Origin: an uncultured beta proteobacterium
Lineage (GTDB): Bacteria; Pseudomonadota; Gammaproteobacteria; Burkholderiales; Burkholderiaceae
Length of the DNA: 64,000 nt
Assembly: GCA_903875135.1 (NCBI GenBank)
Contig: CAIQUZ010000037.1
Span: 19,606 to 83,605, forward strand
Reading direction: 5' to 3'
Part shown: positions 29,915 to 40,176 of the stretch, in pieces
Layout: every line of letters begins with the position of its first letter
Numbering within the stretch: position 1 is the first letter of the stretch
Translations under genes and position numbers: made by a program
The notes under the pieces: model-generated
The model's input: the letters and a program-made list of their open reading frames with translations, nothing else
Database searches by the model: none
Told to the model about the DNA's origin: nothing

Positions 29915-31693
29915 ATGATTAATCACGATACCCCAACTCCAAACACTCAGCCCTCAACTTATTGGGGTAGCGACTCTATTGCGGATTGCCTGCATGAAAT
30001 GCAGGTACCCTATATCGCCCTCAATCCTGGTGCAAGTTATCGGGGTTTACATGATAGCCTCGTGAACCACTTAGGTAACCAAGCTCCGCAAATGCTATTG
30101 TGCTTACACGAAGAAGTGGCTATCGCCATTGCTCAAGGATTTGCCAAAGCCTCAGGCAAGATGATGGGAGCTTTGGTGCACTCAAACGTTGGTTTGATGC
30201 ATGCAACGATGGCTGTCTTCAATGCTTGGTGTGATCGGATGCCAATCTTAATGTTAGGTGCTACCGGTCCTTGGGATGCTGCACGTCGTCGTCCCTGGAT
30301 AGATTGGATTCATACTTCTAGCGATCAAGGTGCTTTAGTGAGAGACTTCACCAAGTGGGATAACCAGCCAGGTTCAATACCTGCAGCTATAGAAGCACTT
30401 CTGCGAGGGAGTCAAATAGCACAAACCGCGCCTCGTGGTCCGGTATATATCAATCTTGATGCAGCATTGCAAGAAAGCAAAATGGAAGGTTTAATGGCCA
30501 TCCCAGATGCAACTCGCTTTGCAGCGCCAAAATCCTCACCACCCTCTACAAATGATGTTGAGCGAGCAGCTCAATTACTTTCTCATGCAAAAAATCCCGT
30601 TATCTTGATGGGACGAATGTCTCGTAATTTATCGGATTGGGATACGCGAGTACAGTTATCTGAAAAACTTCAAGCCGCGGTAATTACCGACCTTAAAAAT
30701 GCAGCCAGTTTTCCGACAGACCACCCACAACATGTCGGATCACCATCTTACTTTATGTCTGCAGAAGCTTGTGCAGCAGTTCGTGAAGCGGATGTGATTT
30801 TAATGTTGGACTGGGTCGATCCAGGAGGTGCTTTTAAACAGGCTCTTCAAAATAAACCATGCCAAGCTCAAATTATTAATGTCTCTTTGGACATGCATAG
30901 TCATCGTGGATGGAGTATGGATGGTGGTAGTTTGCCTGCGGTTGATATCTACATGCTTTGCGAACCTGATGATGCCATTGGTGCTTTAAATAAAGTGATC
31001 TCAGCTCAATCTCAAAAATCTTGGCCCGTTAAAAATACTCTTCCGATAATGCCCGATGATGATGTTGTTAGCCTTCGCGCACTGTCTGATGTGCTTCAAG
31101 AATGTACTAAAGATCTCGATATTTGTTTAGCTCGACTTCCTCTAGGTTGGAATGGTGCTTATCGGCATTTTCGACATCCAATGGATTATCTAGGCGCAGA
31201 TGGCGGCGGAGGTGTTGGTGCTGGCCCAGGAAATACGGTAGGTGTAGCTCTTGCATTAAGAGATATTCAATCTACCCGAGTTCCAGTAGCACTTCTTGGA
31301 GATGGCGATTTTTTAATGAGCAATACTGCCATATGGACAGCAGTCCACTACGGAATACCCTTATTAATCATTGTCTGTAATAACCATTCATACTTTAATG
31401 ATGAGCTCCATCAAGAACGTGTCGCAAAAGAGCGTCTGCGTCCCACAGAAAATAAATGGATTGGTCAACGTATGAGTGAACCTGAAATTGACATTGCACA
31501 AATGACACGCTCTATGGGAGCCGAAGGTATCGGTCCAGTTCGTCGAGCTCAAGATCTTCAAGCCGCAATAACAGAAGGATTACGACTCGTACAAATGGGA
31601 AAAGTCTGCGTCATTGATGCTTGCGTTGCCCCAGGATACGATGCCAATATGAGTGGAAACGCCAGCAACAACTCAGCAGTCCATAAACGTTAA
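29915..31693 (+). CDS. ThDP-dependent enzyme (benzoylformate decarboxylase / ALS-like family)
   Basis: LNPGASYRGLHDS, CLHEEVA, GDGDFLM...NNHSY ThDP motif. Confidence 0.9.
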   Translation: MINHDTPTPNTQPSTYWGSDSIADCLHEMQVPYIALNPGASYRGLHDSLVNHLGNQAPQMLLCLHEEVAIAIAQGFAKASGKMMGALVHSNVGLMHATMAVFNAWCDRMPILMLGATGPWDAARRRPWIDWIHTSSDQGALVRDFTKWDNQPGSIPAAIEALLRGSQIAQTAPRGPVYINLDAALQESKMEGLMAIPDATRFAAPKSSPPSTNDVERAAQLLSHAKNPVILMGRMSRNLSDWDTRVQLSEKLQAAVITDLKNAASFPTDHPQHVGSPSYFMSAEACAAVREADVILMLDWVDPGGAFKQALQNKPCQAQIINVSLDMHSHRGWSMDGGSLPAVDIYMLCEPDDAIGALNKVISAQSQKSWPVKNTLPIMPDDDVVSLRALSDVLQECTKDLDICLARLPLGWNGAYRHFRHPMDYLGADGGGGVGAGPGNTVGVALALRDIQSTRVPVALLGDGDFLMSNTAIWTAVHYGIPLLIIVCNNHSYFNDELHQERVAKERLRPTENKWIGQRMSEPEIDIAQMTRSMGAEGIGPVRRAQDLQAAITEGLRLVQMGKVCVIDACVAPGYDANMSGNASNNSAVHKR

Positions 31694-31719
31694 TTTTTTC
31701 TATAATTGAGTAACTCCAC

Positions 31720-33183
31720 ATGTCAGATACCAATAACTACTTACAACTTCTTCCTAAACATCGTGACCTTTATTATGGAGGATCTTGGCATCAACCGATG
31801 GGTGGTTATCTAGAAACCATGAACCCAGCGACTGGCGAATCTTTAGGCTTATGCGCTGAAGCAAATGCACAAGATGTAGATGCAGCAGTTCAAGCTGCAC
31901 ACGCAGGTTTTTCTGTATGGAAAAAATTCAAACCCCTAGAACGTGCTGCTCTATTAAAAAAGGTGGCGGTAGTACTTCGTGAAAATGCTTTTGAACTAGC
32001 TATGATCGACGCAGCTAATTGTGGTAACCCGATTAGTGAAATGCAACGAGATGCACTCATCGCTGCAGCTCAAATCGATTTTTATGCTGGCTTAGCCACA
32101 GAAATCAAAGGCGAAACCTTACCAATGGGAGATGATATTCTGAATTATTCGGTACGGGAGCCTTATGGTGTTTGTGCACGTATTGTTGCGTATAACCACC
32201 CGATTATGTTTACAGCCGCAAAAATGGCGCCGCCATTAATTGCGGGCAATACAGTCATTATGAAGCCTCCTTATCAGGCTCCTTTATCAAGCTATCGTAT
32301 GATGGAACTGATTGACGGAATTCTCCCACCAGGTGTTCTTAACATCATTAGCTCAGGTGCTATAGGCGGACAAGCACTCGTCACTCATCCATTAGTCCCG
32401 CGTTTATCGCTGATTGGTAGCGTTCCTACTGGACGCGCTATAGCAAAAGCAGCGGCCGATCAGCTCAAACACGTCACTCTTGAATTGGGTGGTAAAAATG
32501 CCTGCATTATTTATCCTGATGCTGATCTCAGTAAAGCAATTACAGGCGCCATTAATGGGATGAACTTTACATGGTGTGGTCAAAGCTGTGGTTCTACATC
32601 ACGCCTATTTGTTCACTCCTCAATCTATAAACAAGTCATAGACGGTCTTCTTCAAGCTGTAAAACATTACAAACCGGGCATACCGACTGATATGGCCACC
32701 ACAATGGGGTCTATAGTTTCTAAAGCCCAATGGGGGAAAATTATGAACTATATCGAGATCGCAAAACAAGACGGTGCACAACTCATTTATGGTGGAAATG
32801 TACCAAGCACACCCTCACTAGCAAATGGTTGGTTTATTGAACCCACTATTTTTACTGGGGTTACTCAGAATATGCGAATTGCTAATGAAGAAGTTTTCGG
32901 CCCTATATTGTCTGTCATACAGTGGGATGATGAGGACCAAATGTTCGATCAAGTAAATGCTGTTGAATATGGTTTAACAGCCTCTATTTGGACCACAAAT
33001 CTATCAAAAGCACATCGTGCGGCTAGTCGTGTTCAAGCCGGGTATATCTGGGTTAATCACTCTAGTAGTCATTTTATTGGAGCATCTTTTGGAGGCTACA
33101 AACAATCTGGCATCGGTCGTGAAGAAGGCTTTGATGAATTATTTAGCTACTCACAACACAAAAACGTCCATGTAGTTTTGTAA
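31720..33183 (+). CDS. Aldehyde dehydrogenase, PhdK (2-carboxybenzaldehyde dehydrogenase)-like subfamily
   Basis: LELGGKNA, GMNFTWCGQSCGSTSRLFVH, EEVFGP, FGGYKQSGIGRE. Confidence 0.9.
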   Translation: MSDTNNYLQLLPKHRDLYYGGSWHQPMGGYLETMNPATGESLGLCAEANAQDVDAAVQAAHAGFSVWKKFKPLERAALLKKVAVVLRENAFELAMIDAANCGNPISEMQRDALIAAAQIDFYAGLATEIKGETLPMGDDILNYSVREPYGVCARIVAYNHPIMFTAAKMAPPLIAGNTVIMKPPYQAPLSSYRMMELIDGILPPGVLNIISSGAIGGQALVTHPLVPRLSLIGSVPTGRAIAKAAADQLKHVTLELGGKNACIIYPDADLSKAITGAINGMNFTWCGQSCGSTSRLFVHSSIYKQVIDGLLQAVKHYKPGIPTDMATTMGSIVSKAQWGKIMNYIEIAKQDGAQLIYGGNVPSTPSLANGWFIEPTIFTGVTQNMRIANEEVFGPILSVIQWDDEDQMFDQVNAVEYGLTASIWTTNLSKAHRAASRVQAGYIWVNHSSSHFIGASFGGYKQSGIGREEGFDELFSYSQHKNVHVVL

Positions 33184-33194
33184 TTAATGTTGAG

Positions 33195-34595
33195 TTACTC
33201 ATTAAAAAAAGAAAGTATCCACTCGTTCGTTTTTAGCGGTAAGTGTGGATTCTTTTCTAACTGCTCGCCCAAAGACACAACAGATTTTTGTAGGTTGGGT
33301 GCTAAATCTTTAGATAATAAGGAGATCTTTTCTAAGACTGTATGACGTTCTAATGGTCTTGCAGAACTCCCTAGAGCTGCCTCACAAAACTCAGAAATCT
33401 TGTCTCCATTCTTTAATTCAATGGTAACTTTAGCAGGGCGATCATAAGGCCAAGGACGTACATCTTTCATTTCTTGCATCACCACTTTATTTCTGACATT
33501 GGCAATGAGAGAATTCGACATACTTTCATGTAAAAAATTTTCTGTAGCGCTTGCACCGTTAATAATAGTGGCAGCTACAGCATGAGGGATCGAAAACTTC
33601 GCCGCCAGGGTTGTGACAGGATTGACATTATTAAAGTTCATTCCCATTTTAGAAACTTCTATGAGTACAGAGTGAATCGTATCTCCTCCGCGAAGATTGG
33701 GATGTGCTTTAAAGATGGTTTCTATGGCTTCCATGGATGCATGCGCATGATGACAAGAACCATACAATTTATGATAGCCAGCAGTAATCGTCCATTCTGT
33801 ACCCAAGTCCATACAAAGCTGATCTGGCTTCGAAGTTGCTCCAAAACCCATCTGATAAACATCATATGGGCCAGTGGGTGTTCCGTAAATATTAGCTTGA
33901 GCCATCTCGCAAGCAAAGTGTCCTAACCAAGCGCCAGCTGCAGGCCAAGCATTTCGAATTAAGGCCCCTTGAATCGGATGACTATAAGGCCCAGGTGAAA
34001 CCATTGTGCAAGCACCAGTCAATGCATTCATGAAAAGTGTTTTATCAAATTTCATTAGAGCAGCATATCCAGCAGCCGCACAAACTGTATTAAATACCCC
34101 ATGAGGGTGCAACCTTGGTAAAGTCTCAGGCCAAGACCTTGCAAAGCGCGTTCCAATTTCATAAGCAACAACTACTGCCCTTAACATCTCTTGTACAGAT
34201 ATATCATTCGCTTGAGCAGCAGCTAAAATAAGGGGTTGACTGAGCGCCCCTGGATGGACTGCAGTTCTAGTGTATCCATCATCTAACTCGTTCCAAGTAA
34301 TCGCTAATCCATTAGCAAGCGCCGCATTCATTAAAGAAGTCTTTGGCCCACCCTTACGAAAAACTGTTGCTGTCTCATCACTTTTTTGACCCAATAATTG
34401 GCTGTGATAAGTATTTACTTCAGGTTCATTAGATGCAGATAAGGTAGCAGCAATGTTGTCACCCAAAATCAAAACAGCGTGTTGTATCACCTGATTTGGA
34501 ATATCCTCATAGCGAAGACTCGTTGCCCAATCTGATAACTTTAATAAATTTTCTGCAACACTATTTTTAATATCGAGCTGATTAACTACATTCAT
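33195..34595 (-). CDS. MmgE/PrpD-family protein (not clearly canonical PrpD); start ATG 34595 overlaps the upstream TGA
   Basis: ALANGLAITWNELDDG...VHPG, AVVVAYEIG, YHKLYGSCHHAHA, AKFSIPHAVA. Confidence 0.85.
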   Translation of the reverse strand: MNVVNQLDIKNSVAENLLKLSDWATSLRYEDIPNQVIQHAVLILGDNIAATLSASNEPEVNTYHSQLLGQKSDETATVFRKGGPKTSLMNAALANGLAITWNELDDGYTRTAVHPGALSQPLILAAAQANDISVQEMLRAVVVAYEIGTRFARSWPETLPRLHPHGVFNTVCAAAGYAALMKFDKTLFMNALTGACTMVSPGPYSHPIQGALIRNAWPAAGAWLGHFACEMAQANIYGTPTGPYDVYQMGFGATSKPDQLCMDLGTEWTITAGYHKLYGSCHHAHASMEAIETIFKAHPNLRGGDTIHSVLIEVSKMGMNFNNVNPVTTLAAKFSIPHAVAATIINGASATENFLHESMSNSLIANVRNKVVMQEMKDVRPWPYDRPAKVTIELKNGDKISEFCEAALGSSARPLERHTVLEKISLLSKDLAPNLQKSVVSLGEQLEKNPHLPLKTNEWILSFFNE

Positions 34596-36982
34596 ACTGT
34601 AACTTTTCTGAGTGCATGCCAAATTTTATTCGAGGTAAATGGCATTTCTACACCCTTCACACCAATCGAGCCCAGAGCATCGATCATGGCGCTGGTGATT
34701 GCCGCAGGGGCGCCAATAGTTCCCGATTCGCCACAACCCTTAACCCCTAAAGGGTTGTGTGTACATGGCTGAGATTCATCTGCCTCAGAAATAAAATCTG
34801 GCAATATGTCGGCCCTAGGCATCGCATAATCCATAAAAGAACCCGTCATGATTTGACCAGAGTCCGGCTCATAAACGGCACTTTCAAATAGAGCTTGGCC
34901 AATACCCTGAGCTATTGCGCCATGCACTTGCCCTTCAACAATCATTGGATTAATCACTGTTCCTACATCATCGATGGCTATGTAAGATAACAATTTCGTC
35001 ACACCAGTTTGTGGATCAATTTCTATTTCACAAGCTTGTGCTCCATTGGACCATGTTAAATTAGGTGGATCAAAAAAAGCATTTTCGTGGAGAACCGGCT
35101 CCATTCCAATCGGCAAATTATGAGCATAGGTAGCAGCGCGTGAAACCTGATACCAATCTAATTTTTCTTGCGTTGTTTTGCAAACGAAATGACCTAGGTT
35201 ATCAATAATCTGATGTTCCACATCGGCAACATCACAAGCAAGAAGGTGAGCCGCAAGTAATTTTGATTTATTCAAAATTTTCGTGCAAGACATCGTAATC
35301 GCTCCACCAGCAATCACCATTGATCTTGATCCAAAAGTTCCAGTTCCATATGGAACTCTGCCTGTATCCCCTTCAACTAACTCAATCATAGATAAAGGTA
35401 GCCCTATATGTGAAGCAATGACTTGCGGAAATGTCGTCGCATGTGCTTGACCATGACTGTGCGTACCACACATTAAAAGAATACTTCCATCGGCAGATAC
35501 TCGGATATCGGCCGAATCAAAAAAACCTGCCCGAGCGCCAAACATTCCGGCATATTTAGAAGGTGCGACTCCAGAACTTTCTAGAAAATAACAAATACCA
35601 AAACCGCGTATCATGCCATTTACTTTTGAAAGTGCACGACGTTTTTCAAAACCAGCAAAATCAGAAACAACAAGCGCTCTGTCAAATAGCCGTTGAAAAT
35701 CTCCACTATCGTAAATTGGACCTAACGGTGTAGAGTAAGGCATTTCACTCGATTTGATGAAATTTTTACGACGCAGTTCCATGCGGTCCATACCCGTTTG
35801 CACCGCAGCTTCTTCGATTAATCGCTCTAATACAAAACATGCTTCAGGACGCCCTGCGCCACGATACGCATCCGTTGGAACCGTATTGGTGAACATCGCA
35901 TCAACCTCTGCGAAAACTGCAGGAATCTTATAAGGACCAGATAAAACCGCAGTGTAAACCGTTGTTGGAACTGCCGCCCCAACAGTAGATATGTATGCCC
36001 CAACAGCAGCATAGGTCTTCACTCGAACACCTAAAATATAACCCTTGTCATCAAGAGCCATTTCCGCGGTGGTCATATGATCACGAGCTTGATAGTCACT
36101 AATAAATGCTTCACTTCTCGTTGAAGTCCACTTTACGGTGATCTTTAGTTTCTTACAAGCCCAGGCTAAAAGTGTTTCTTCAGGATATAACTTACCCTTC
36201 GTACCAAAACCACCACCAACATCAGGTGCAATTACACGTATTGAGTTTTCCGGTAGATTTAATTGCTCCGATGTGAGCTTGCGAATATGGTGCGGAACTT
36301 GTGTGGCGGACCAAATTGTGAGCTCATGACCATCATCTCCAAGAGAGGGAGATACCTGTGCAACAACAGCTCTTGGTTCGATGGCAGCACAAACAATCCG
36401 ATGATTTTTAATTTCTACACGAATCTGGTGCGCCGCCTTTGCAAAGGCAGCATCAACAGGCTCTTTAGAGCCACGGTGAAATCTTACACAAAGATTATTT
36501 GGCGCTTGTGAATGAAGCTGTGGGGCAGTTGCAAGTGCTGCTTTCTCAACATTGACTACTGCATCTAATACTTCAAAATCTACTTCTATCAATTCAGTAG
36601 CATCAATAGCTTGATGAACAGTCTTGGCGATGACCATCGCCACTATTTCACCAACGTGACGCACGCGATCCACCGTCATGGAATATCGTGGAGGTTCATT
36701 CATTTGCGTGCCATTTGCCCCAGGAATCATCCATAGTGGCGTCATCTTACCGACACCATCATTAAATAAGTCTTCCCCAGTTAACACAGCAATTACGCCT
36801 AGAGACATTTGCGCCGCAGAAACATCAATGCTCTTAATAAGTGCATGCGCGTGAGGCGATCTTAAAAAAGCACAGTAATATGTGTTTTCAGGAAGAATAT
36901 CGGCGACAAATTGACCACGTCCTTTTAATAGACGATTATCTTCTCTTCTTAAAACCGTTTTACCAATTCCTTGTGGATGCAT
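34592..36982 (-). CDS. Xanthine-dehydrogenase-family molybdopterin large subunit (form II CoxL-like)
   Basis: RREDNRLLKGRGQFVAD, DVGGGFGTKG, AYRGAGRPEA, HSHGQAHAT, GTFGSRS, GQVHGAIAQGIGQ, KGCGESG. Confidence 0.93.
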   Translation of the reverse strand: MHPQGIGKTVLRREDNRLLKGRGQFVADILPENTYYCAFLRSPHAHALIKSIDVSAAQMSLGVIAVLTGEDLFNDGVGKMTPLWMIPGANGTQMNEPPRYSMTVDRVRHVGEIVAMVIAKTVHQAIDATELIEVDFEVLDAVVNVEKAALATAPQLHSQAPNNLCVRFHRGSKEPVDAAFAKAAHQIRVEIKNHRIVCAAIEPRAVVAQVSPSLGDDGHELTIWSATQVPHHIRKLTSEQLNLPENSIRVIAPDVGGGFGTKGKLYPEETLLAWACKKLKITVKWTSTRSEAFISDYQARDHMTTAEMALDDKGYILGVRVKTYAAVGAYISTVGAAVPTTVYTAVLSGPYKIPAVFAEVDAMFTNTVPTDAYRGAGRPEACFVLERLIEEAAVQTGMDRMELRRKNFIKSSEMPYSTPLGPIYDSGDFQRLFDRALVVSDFAGFEKRRALSKVNGMIRGFGICYFLESSGVAPSKYAGMFGARAGFFDSADIRVSADGSILLMCGTHSHGQAHATTFPQVIASHIGLPLSMIELVEGDTGRVPYGTGTFGSRSMVIAGGAITMSCTKILNKSKLLAAHLLACDVADVEHQIIDNLGHFVCKTTQEKLDWYQVSRAATYAHNLPIGMEPVLHENAFFDPPNLTWSNGAQACEIEIDPQTGVTKLLSYIAIDDVGTVINPMIVEGQVHGAIAQGIGQALFESAVYEPDSGQIMTGSFMDYAMPRADILPDFISEADESQPCTHNPLGVKGCGESGTIGAPAAITSAMIDALGSIGVKGVEMPFTSNKIWHALRKVTV

Positions 36983-37108
36983 GTAATTCTCTCAATTAAT
37001 AATGGGACCTAAAAATATGTTAGCTTAATAACCTAAAGATTCAAAATAATGTTATCTTAGTTTTTATTTCCTCACAAGGAATTCCAAAATTTATAAATCG
37101 GAGCTTTT

Positions 37109-38077
37109 ATGAACTTCAAGAAAAACTGTTTAATCTCTTTAATCATATTGTTGCTAGCTAGTTTTTCGTCTTTAAGTATGGCCCAACAAAAAATGAAAAT
37201 GGGGCTTTTTATTGCATCTTCAGCTCTCCCATATTTTATTGCTAAAGAAAGAGGTTACTTTGCTGCAGAGGGTCTTGACGTTGAGGGAATACCCTTAGCA
37301 ACACAACCTTTGGTTGTTCAAGGAATTGTTACTGGTGATTTAGATGCTGGCTCTAACCTGCTCTCACTAGAAGGTGCAAATATCAACGCCTTGAGACCAG
37401 ATACATTGAAGTACATCTCTTTAAATTGTCAAAATGTAAAATATCAACTCGAAGCTTACGTCGTTCCAGTCAATAGCACTATTAAAACCTTAGCTGAGTT
37501 GAAGGGCAAACGCATTATGTCTGCCCCAGGCCCGGGTAACCTTTTTGTGGCAAAAGGCGTGCTTAAAGCAGTTGGTCTTGATGAAAAAGATTATCAGATG
37601 CAAGAACAACAAATGAGCGTTCACATTGGTGGTCTTCAGTCTGGTCAATTTGATGCCGCATATACTCTTGAACCGATCGTGAGCATGATGGTTTCTCAAG
37701 GAGTTGGTCGTAAACTCGAAAGTGGTGTAATTGCAAAATACATGCTTGGCAGACCCGATGCCTGTGCGGTACTTGGTGGTGGCGTTCTCAGTTCTAAATT
37801 TATCAAAGAATATCCACAAGCGGCAGAACGATTTGCTAGAGCATGGGCCAAGGCATTAAATGACGGTAATAACGATCCTAAGGCTCGCGATCTCCTAGTG
37901 AAGTATATGAATACATCAGCAAGCATTGCTCAAACTGTACCGCTATCTCACTACAACATGATCCGTGATTTAAAACCTCAAGATCTTGCTGACTTTCAGA
38001 ACTTAATTGATCAGGCAACAGCTTATGGGTTGGTCAAAGAAAAAATTGATGCTAAATCATTTTTAAAAGTCTATTAA
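37109..38077 (+). CDS. NitT/TauT (NMT1/SsuA-like) ABC substrate-binding protein
   Basis: Signal peptide; LPYFIAKERGYFAAEGLDVE, LAELKGKRI, GQFDAAYTLEP. Confidence 0.88.
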   Translation: MNFKKNCLISLIILLLASFSSLSMAQQKMKMGLFIASSALPYFIAKERGYFAAEGLDVEGIPLATQPLVVQGIVTGDLDAGSNLLSLEGANINALRPDTLKYISLNCQNVKYQLEAYVVPVNSTIKTLAELKGKRIMSAPGPGNLFVAKGVLKAVGLDEKDYQMQEQQMSVHIGGLQSGQFDAAYTLEPIVSMMVSQGVGRKLESGVIAKYMLGRPDACAVLGGGVLSSKFIKEYPQAAERFARAWAKALNDGNNDPKARDLLVKYMNTSASIAQTVPLSHYNMIRDLKPQDLADFQNLIDQATAYGLVKEKIDAKSFLKVY

Positions 38078-38083
38078 TATCCG

Positions 38084-38857
38084 ATGAGTTTGATGCCGTA
38101 TAAAAAATATCTGGAGCCTCTAGTTCCCTTAATTGGGGCTCTAGTTTTTGTCTTAATCTGGTGGCTTAGCACCACGTTAAAATTGGTAGATCCTTTCTTA
38201 TTGCCCTCTCCACTCGCCGCAGGAAAAGCAATGTGGACCGGCATAACCAGTGGGACCTTATCTCTCGATATGATCATCACGATCCGTCGAACGATTTATG
38301 CCTTTTTAATTGCTGTGGTGATCTGCGTTCCACTTGGACTTATTTTAGGTAGTTCTGAGCGTCTCTATCGATCCTGCGAATTTGTGATTGATTTCTTTCG
38401 CTCAACGCCTGCTTCAGCTTTATTCCCCCTCTTTTTAGTCATATTAGGTGTTGGAGAAAATACCAAAATTGCAGTAGCCGCTTTTGGCGCCGGACTTTTG
38501 ATTTTGTTCAATACCGCATACGGAGTCATGAACGCCAGAAAAGTACGGCAAGCTGCAGCAAGGGTCATGGGGGCCTCAAGCCTGAAGATTCTATATGGTG
38601 TAACTCTACTTGAATCACTCCCTCAAACATTTGTAGGAATGCGTTCCGGAATTTCCTTTTCACTAGTGATTGTGATTGTTGCAGAGATGTTTATCGGCTC
38701 TACAGATGGCTTAGGCCAACGTGTGATTAATGCTCAAATGATTTTTAATATGCCGGAAATGTACGCTACGATTTTTAGTGCCGGAGCATTAGGTTACGGA
38801 TTAAATCTTCTCTTCATTCTCGCGGAAAGACACTTCGTCCATTGGGGTGGAAAATAA
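38084..38857 (+). CDS. NitT/TauT ABC permease
   Basis: FLLPSP, DFFRSTPASALFPLF, LESLPQTFVGMR, IVIVAEMF. Confidence 0.9.
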   Translation: MSLMPYKKYLEPLVPLIGALVFVLIWWLSTTLKLVDPFLLPSPLAAGKAMWTGITSGTLSLDMIITIRRTIYAFLIAVVICVPLGLILGSSERLYRSCEFVIDFFRSTPASALFPLFLVILGVGENTKIAVAAFGAGLLILFNTAYGVMNARKVRQAAARVMGASSLKILYGVTLLESLPQTFVGMRSGISFSLVIVIVAEMFIGSTDGLGQRVINAQMIFNMPEMYATIFSAGALGYGLNLLFILAERHFVHWGGK

Positions 38858-38881
38858 ACGTGTATTTCCAAATTTAATTAA

Positions 38882-39649
38882 TTGATTATGACAGCACATA
38901 TCCAAATTCGTGGGTTGAGTAAAACTTTTGCTGGGCAAACGCTATATTCAAATTTTAATCTCGATTTTTCTCATGGGAAAATCACATCGATCTTTGGTCC
39001 GAATGGTTGCGGAAAATCGACGTTGATTAATATGATTTCTGGACTAACCCCAATGGATGCTGGAGAAGTTCTGTTTGATGGTAAAACCCTAGCTCAAACG
39101 GTTATCGGCTACGTCTTTCAAAACTACCGAGACGCTCTTTTCCCATGGAAAAAAGCCATCGACAATATCAAATATCCTCTCCAAATTGCAAAACAGTCTA
39201 TCGGTGAGATTGAAGCTAGAACCCAAGAATTAATTCAGTCGTTTGATGTCCGCTTTGATCTCAACCGATATCCCTACGAATTATCAGGTGGACAGCAACA
39301 ATTAATTTCCATTATGAGAGCTCTAGCTCCAAATCCAGAAGTACTTTTTTTGGATGAGCCATTTTCTGCACTCGATTATGAAATGACCCTGTTTATGCGG
39401 GATAAACTACAGGCGATTTTTGAAGCGACTAAAACCACCATGATTCTTGTCTCTCATGATCTCGATGAAGCAGTGTATTTATCAGACCACATTCTGATGT
39501 TGACTCGAAGGCCTACTCAAATCGCGCGTGAAATTGAATTTAATGCGCCAAGACCCCGTCAACCCCTCACTCTCACATCAGAACTATTTAATCAAGTAAA
39601 AGGTCAATGTCTTGAAATCTTCCAAAAAGAAATCAAAATAATCGATTAG
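38882..39649 (+). CDS. NitT/TauT ABC ATPase
   Basis: GPNGCGKST, VFQNYRDALFPW, YPYELSGGQQQ, LDEPFSALD, VSHDLDEA. Confidence 0.93.
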   Translation: MIMTAHIQIRGLSKTFAGQTLYSNFNLDFSHGKITSIFGPNGCGKSTLINMISGLTPMDAGEVLFDGKTLAQTVIGYVFQNYRDALFPWKKAIDNIKYPLQIAKQSIGEIEARTQELIQSFDVRFDLNRYPYELSGGQQQLISIMRALAPNPEVLFLDEPFSALDYEMTLFMRDKLQAIFEATKTTMILVSHDLDEAVYLSDHILMLTRRPTQIAREIEFNAPRPRQPLTLTSELFNQVKGQCLEIFQKEIKIID

Positions 39650-39682
39650 AATTAATTCATATTTTAAAAAAGGAGATGATCT

Positions 39683-40159
39683 ATGAGCATCCAAGTATCG
39701 ATGATCATTAATGGCCAATCTGTTCAACATGAAGTGGAAGAGCGAACACTCTTGGTAAATTTTATCCGCGATTATTGTCGCTTAACAGGCACTCATGTTG
39801 GCTGCGATACAGCACAATGCGGTGCGTGCACAATCCATTTAAATGGTCGAGCCATCAAAAGTTGCAGCATTCTAGCGATGCAAGCAGAAGGTGCAACTAT
39901 TACAACAATTGAAGGAGTTTCATCGGATGATCAATTACATCCAATGCAAGAAGCCTTTAAAACACATCATGGGCTACAGTGTGGCTATTGCACTCCCGGA
40001 ATGATTATGAGTGCGATTGACCTTGTCAATCAATTTCCTAATCCCAGTAAGGAACTCATCCGGGAACAACTCGATGGCAACTTATGCCGTTGCACTGGTT
40101 ATCACAATATCGTAATTGCCATTCAAGAGGCGGCCAAAGTTATGAGCCCTTCTAACTAA
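39683..40159 (+). CDS. Molybdenum hydroxylase small subunit (2x[2Fe-2S], CoxS-like)
   Basis: [15 protein letters not shown]...[19 protein letters not shown]. Confidence 0.94.
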   Translation: MSIQVSMIINGQSVQHEVEERTLLVNFIRDYCRLTGTHVGCDTAQCGACTIHLNGRAIKSCSILAMQAEGATITTIEGVSSDDQLHPMQEAFKTHHGLQCGYCTPGMIMSAIDLVNQFPNPSKELIREQLDGNLCRCTGYHNIVIAIQEAAKVMSPSN

Positions 40160-40176
40160 ATTTCTCGGAGCGATTT

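Noticed and set aside
10103-36982. Aerobic CO dehydrogenase (coxLMS) for either Mo-hydroxylase
   Set aside because: Neither large subunit has the form I AYxCSFR Cu-binding loop (they have AYRGVAR and AYRGAGR), and no coxDEFG accessory genes are present
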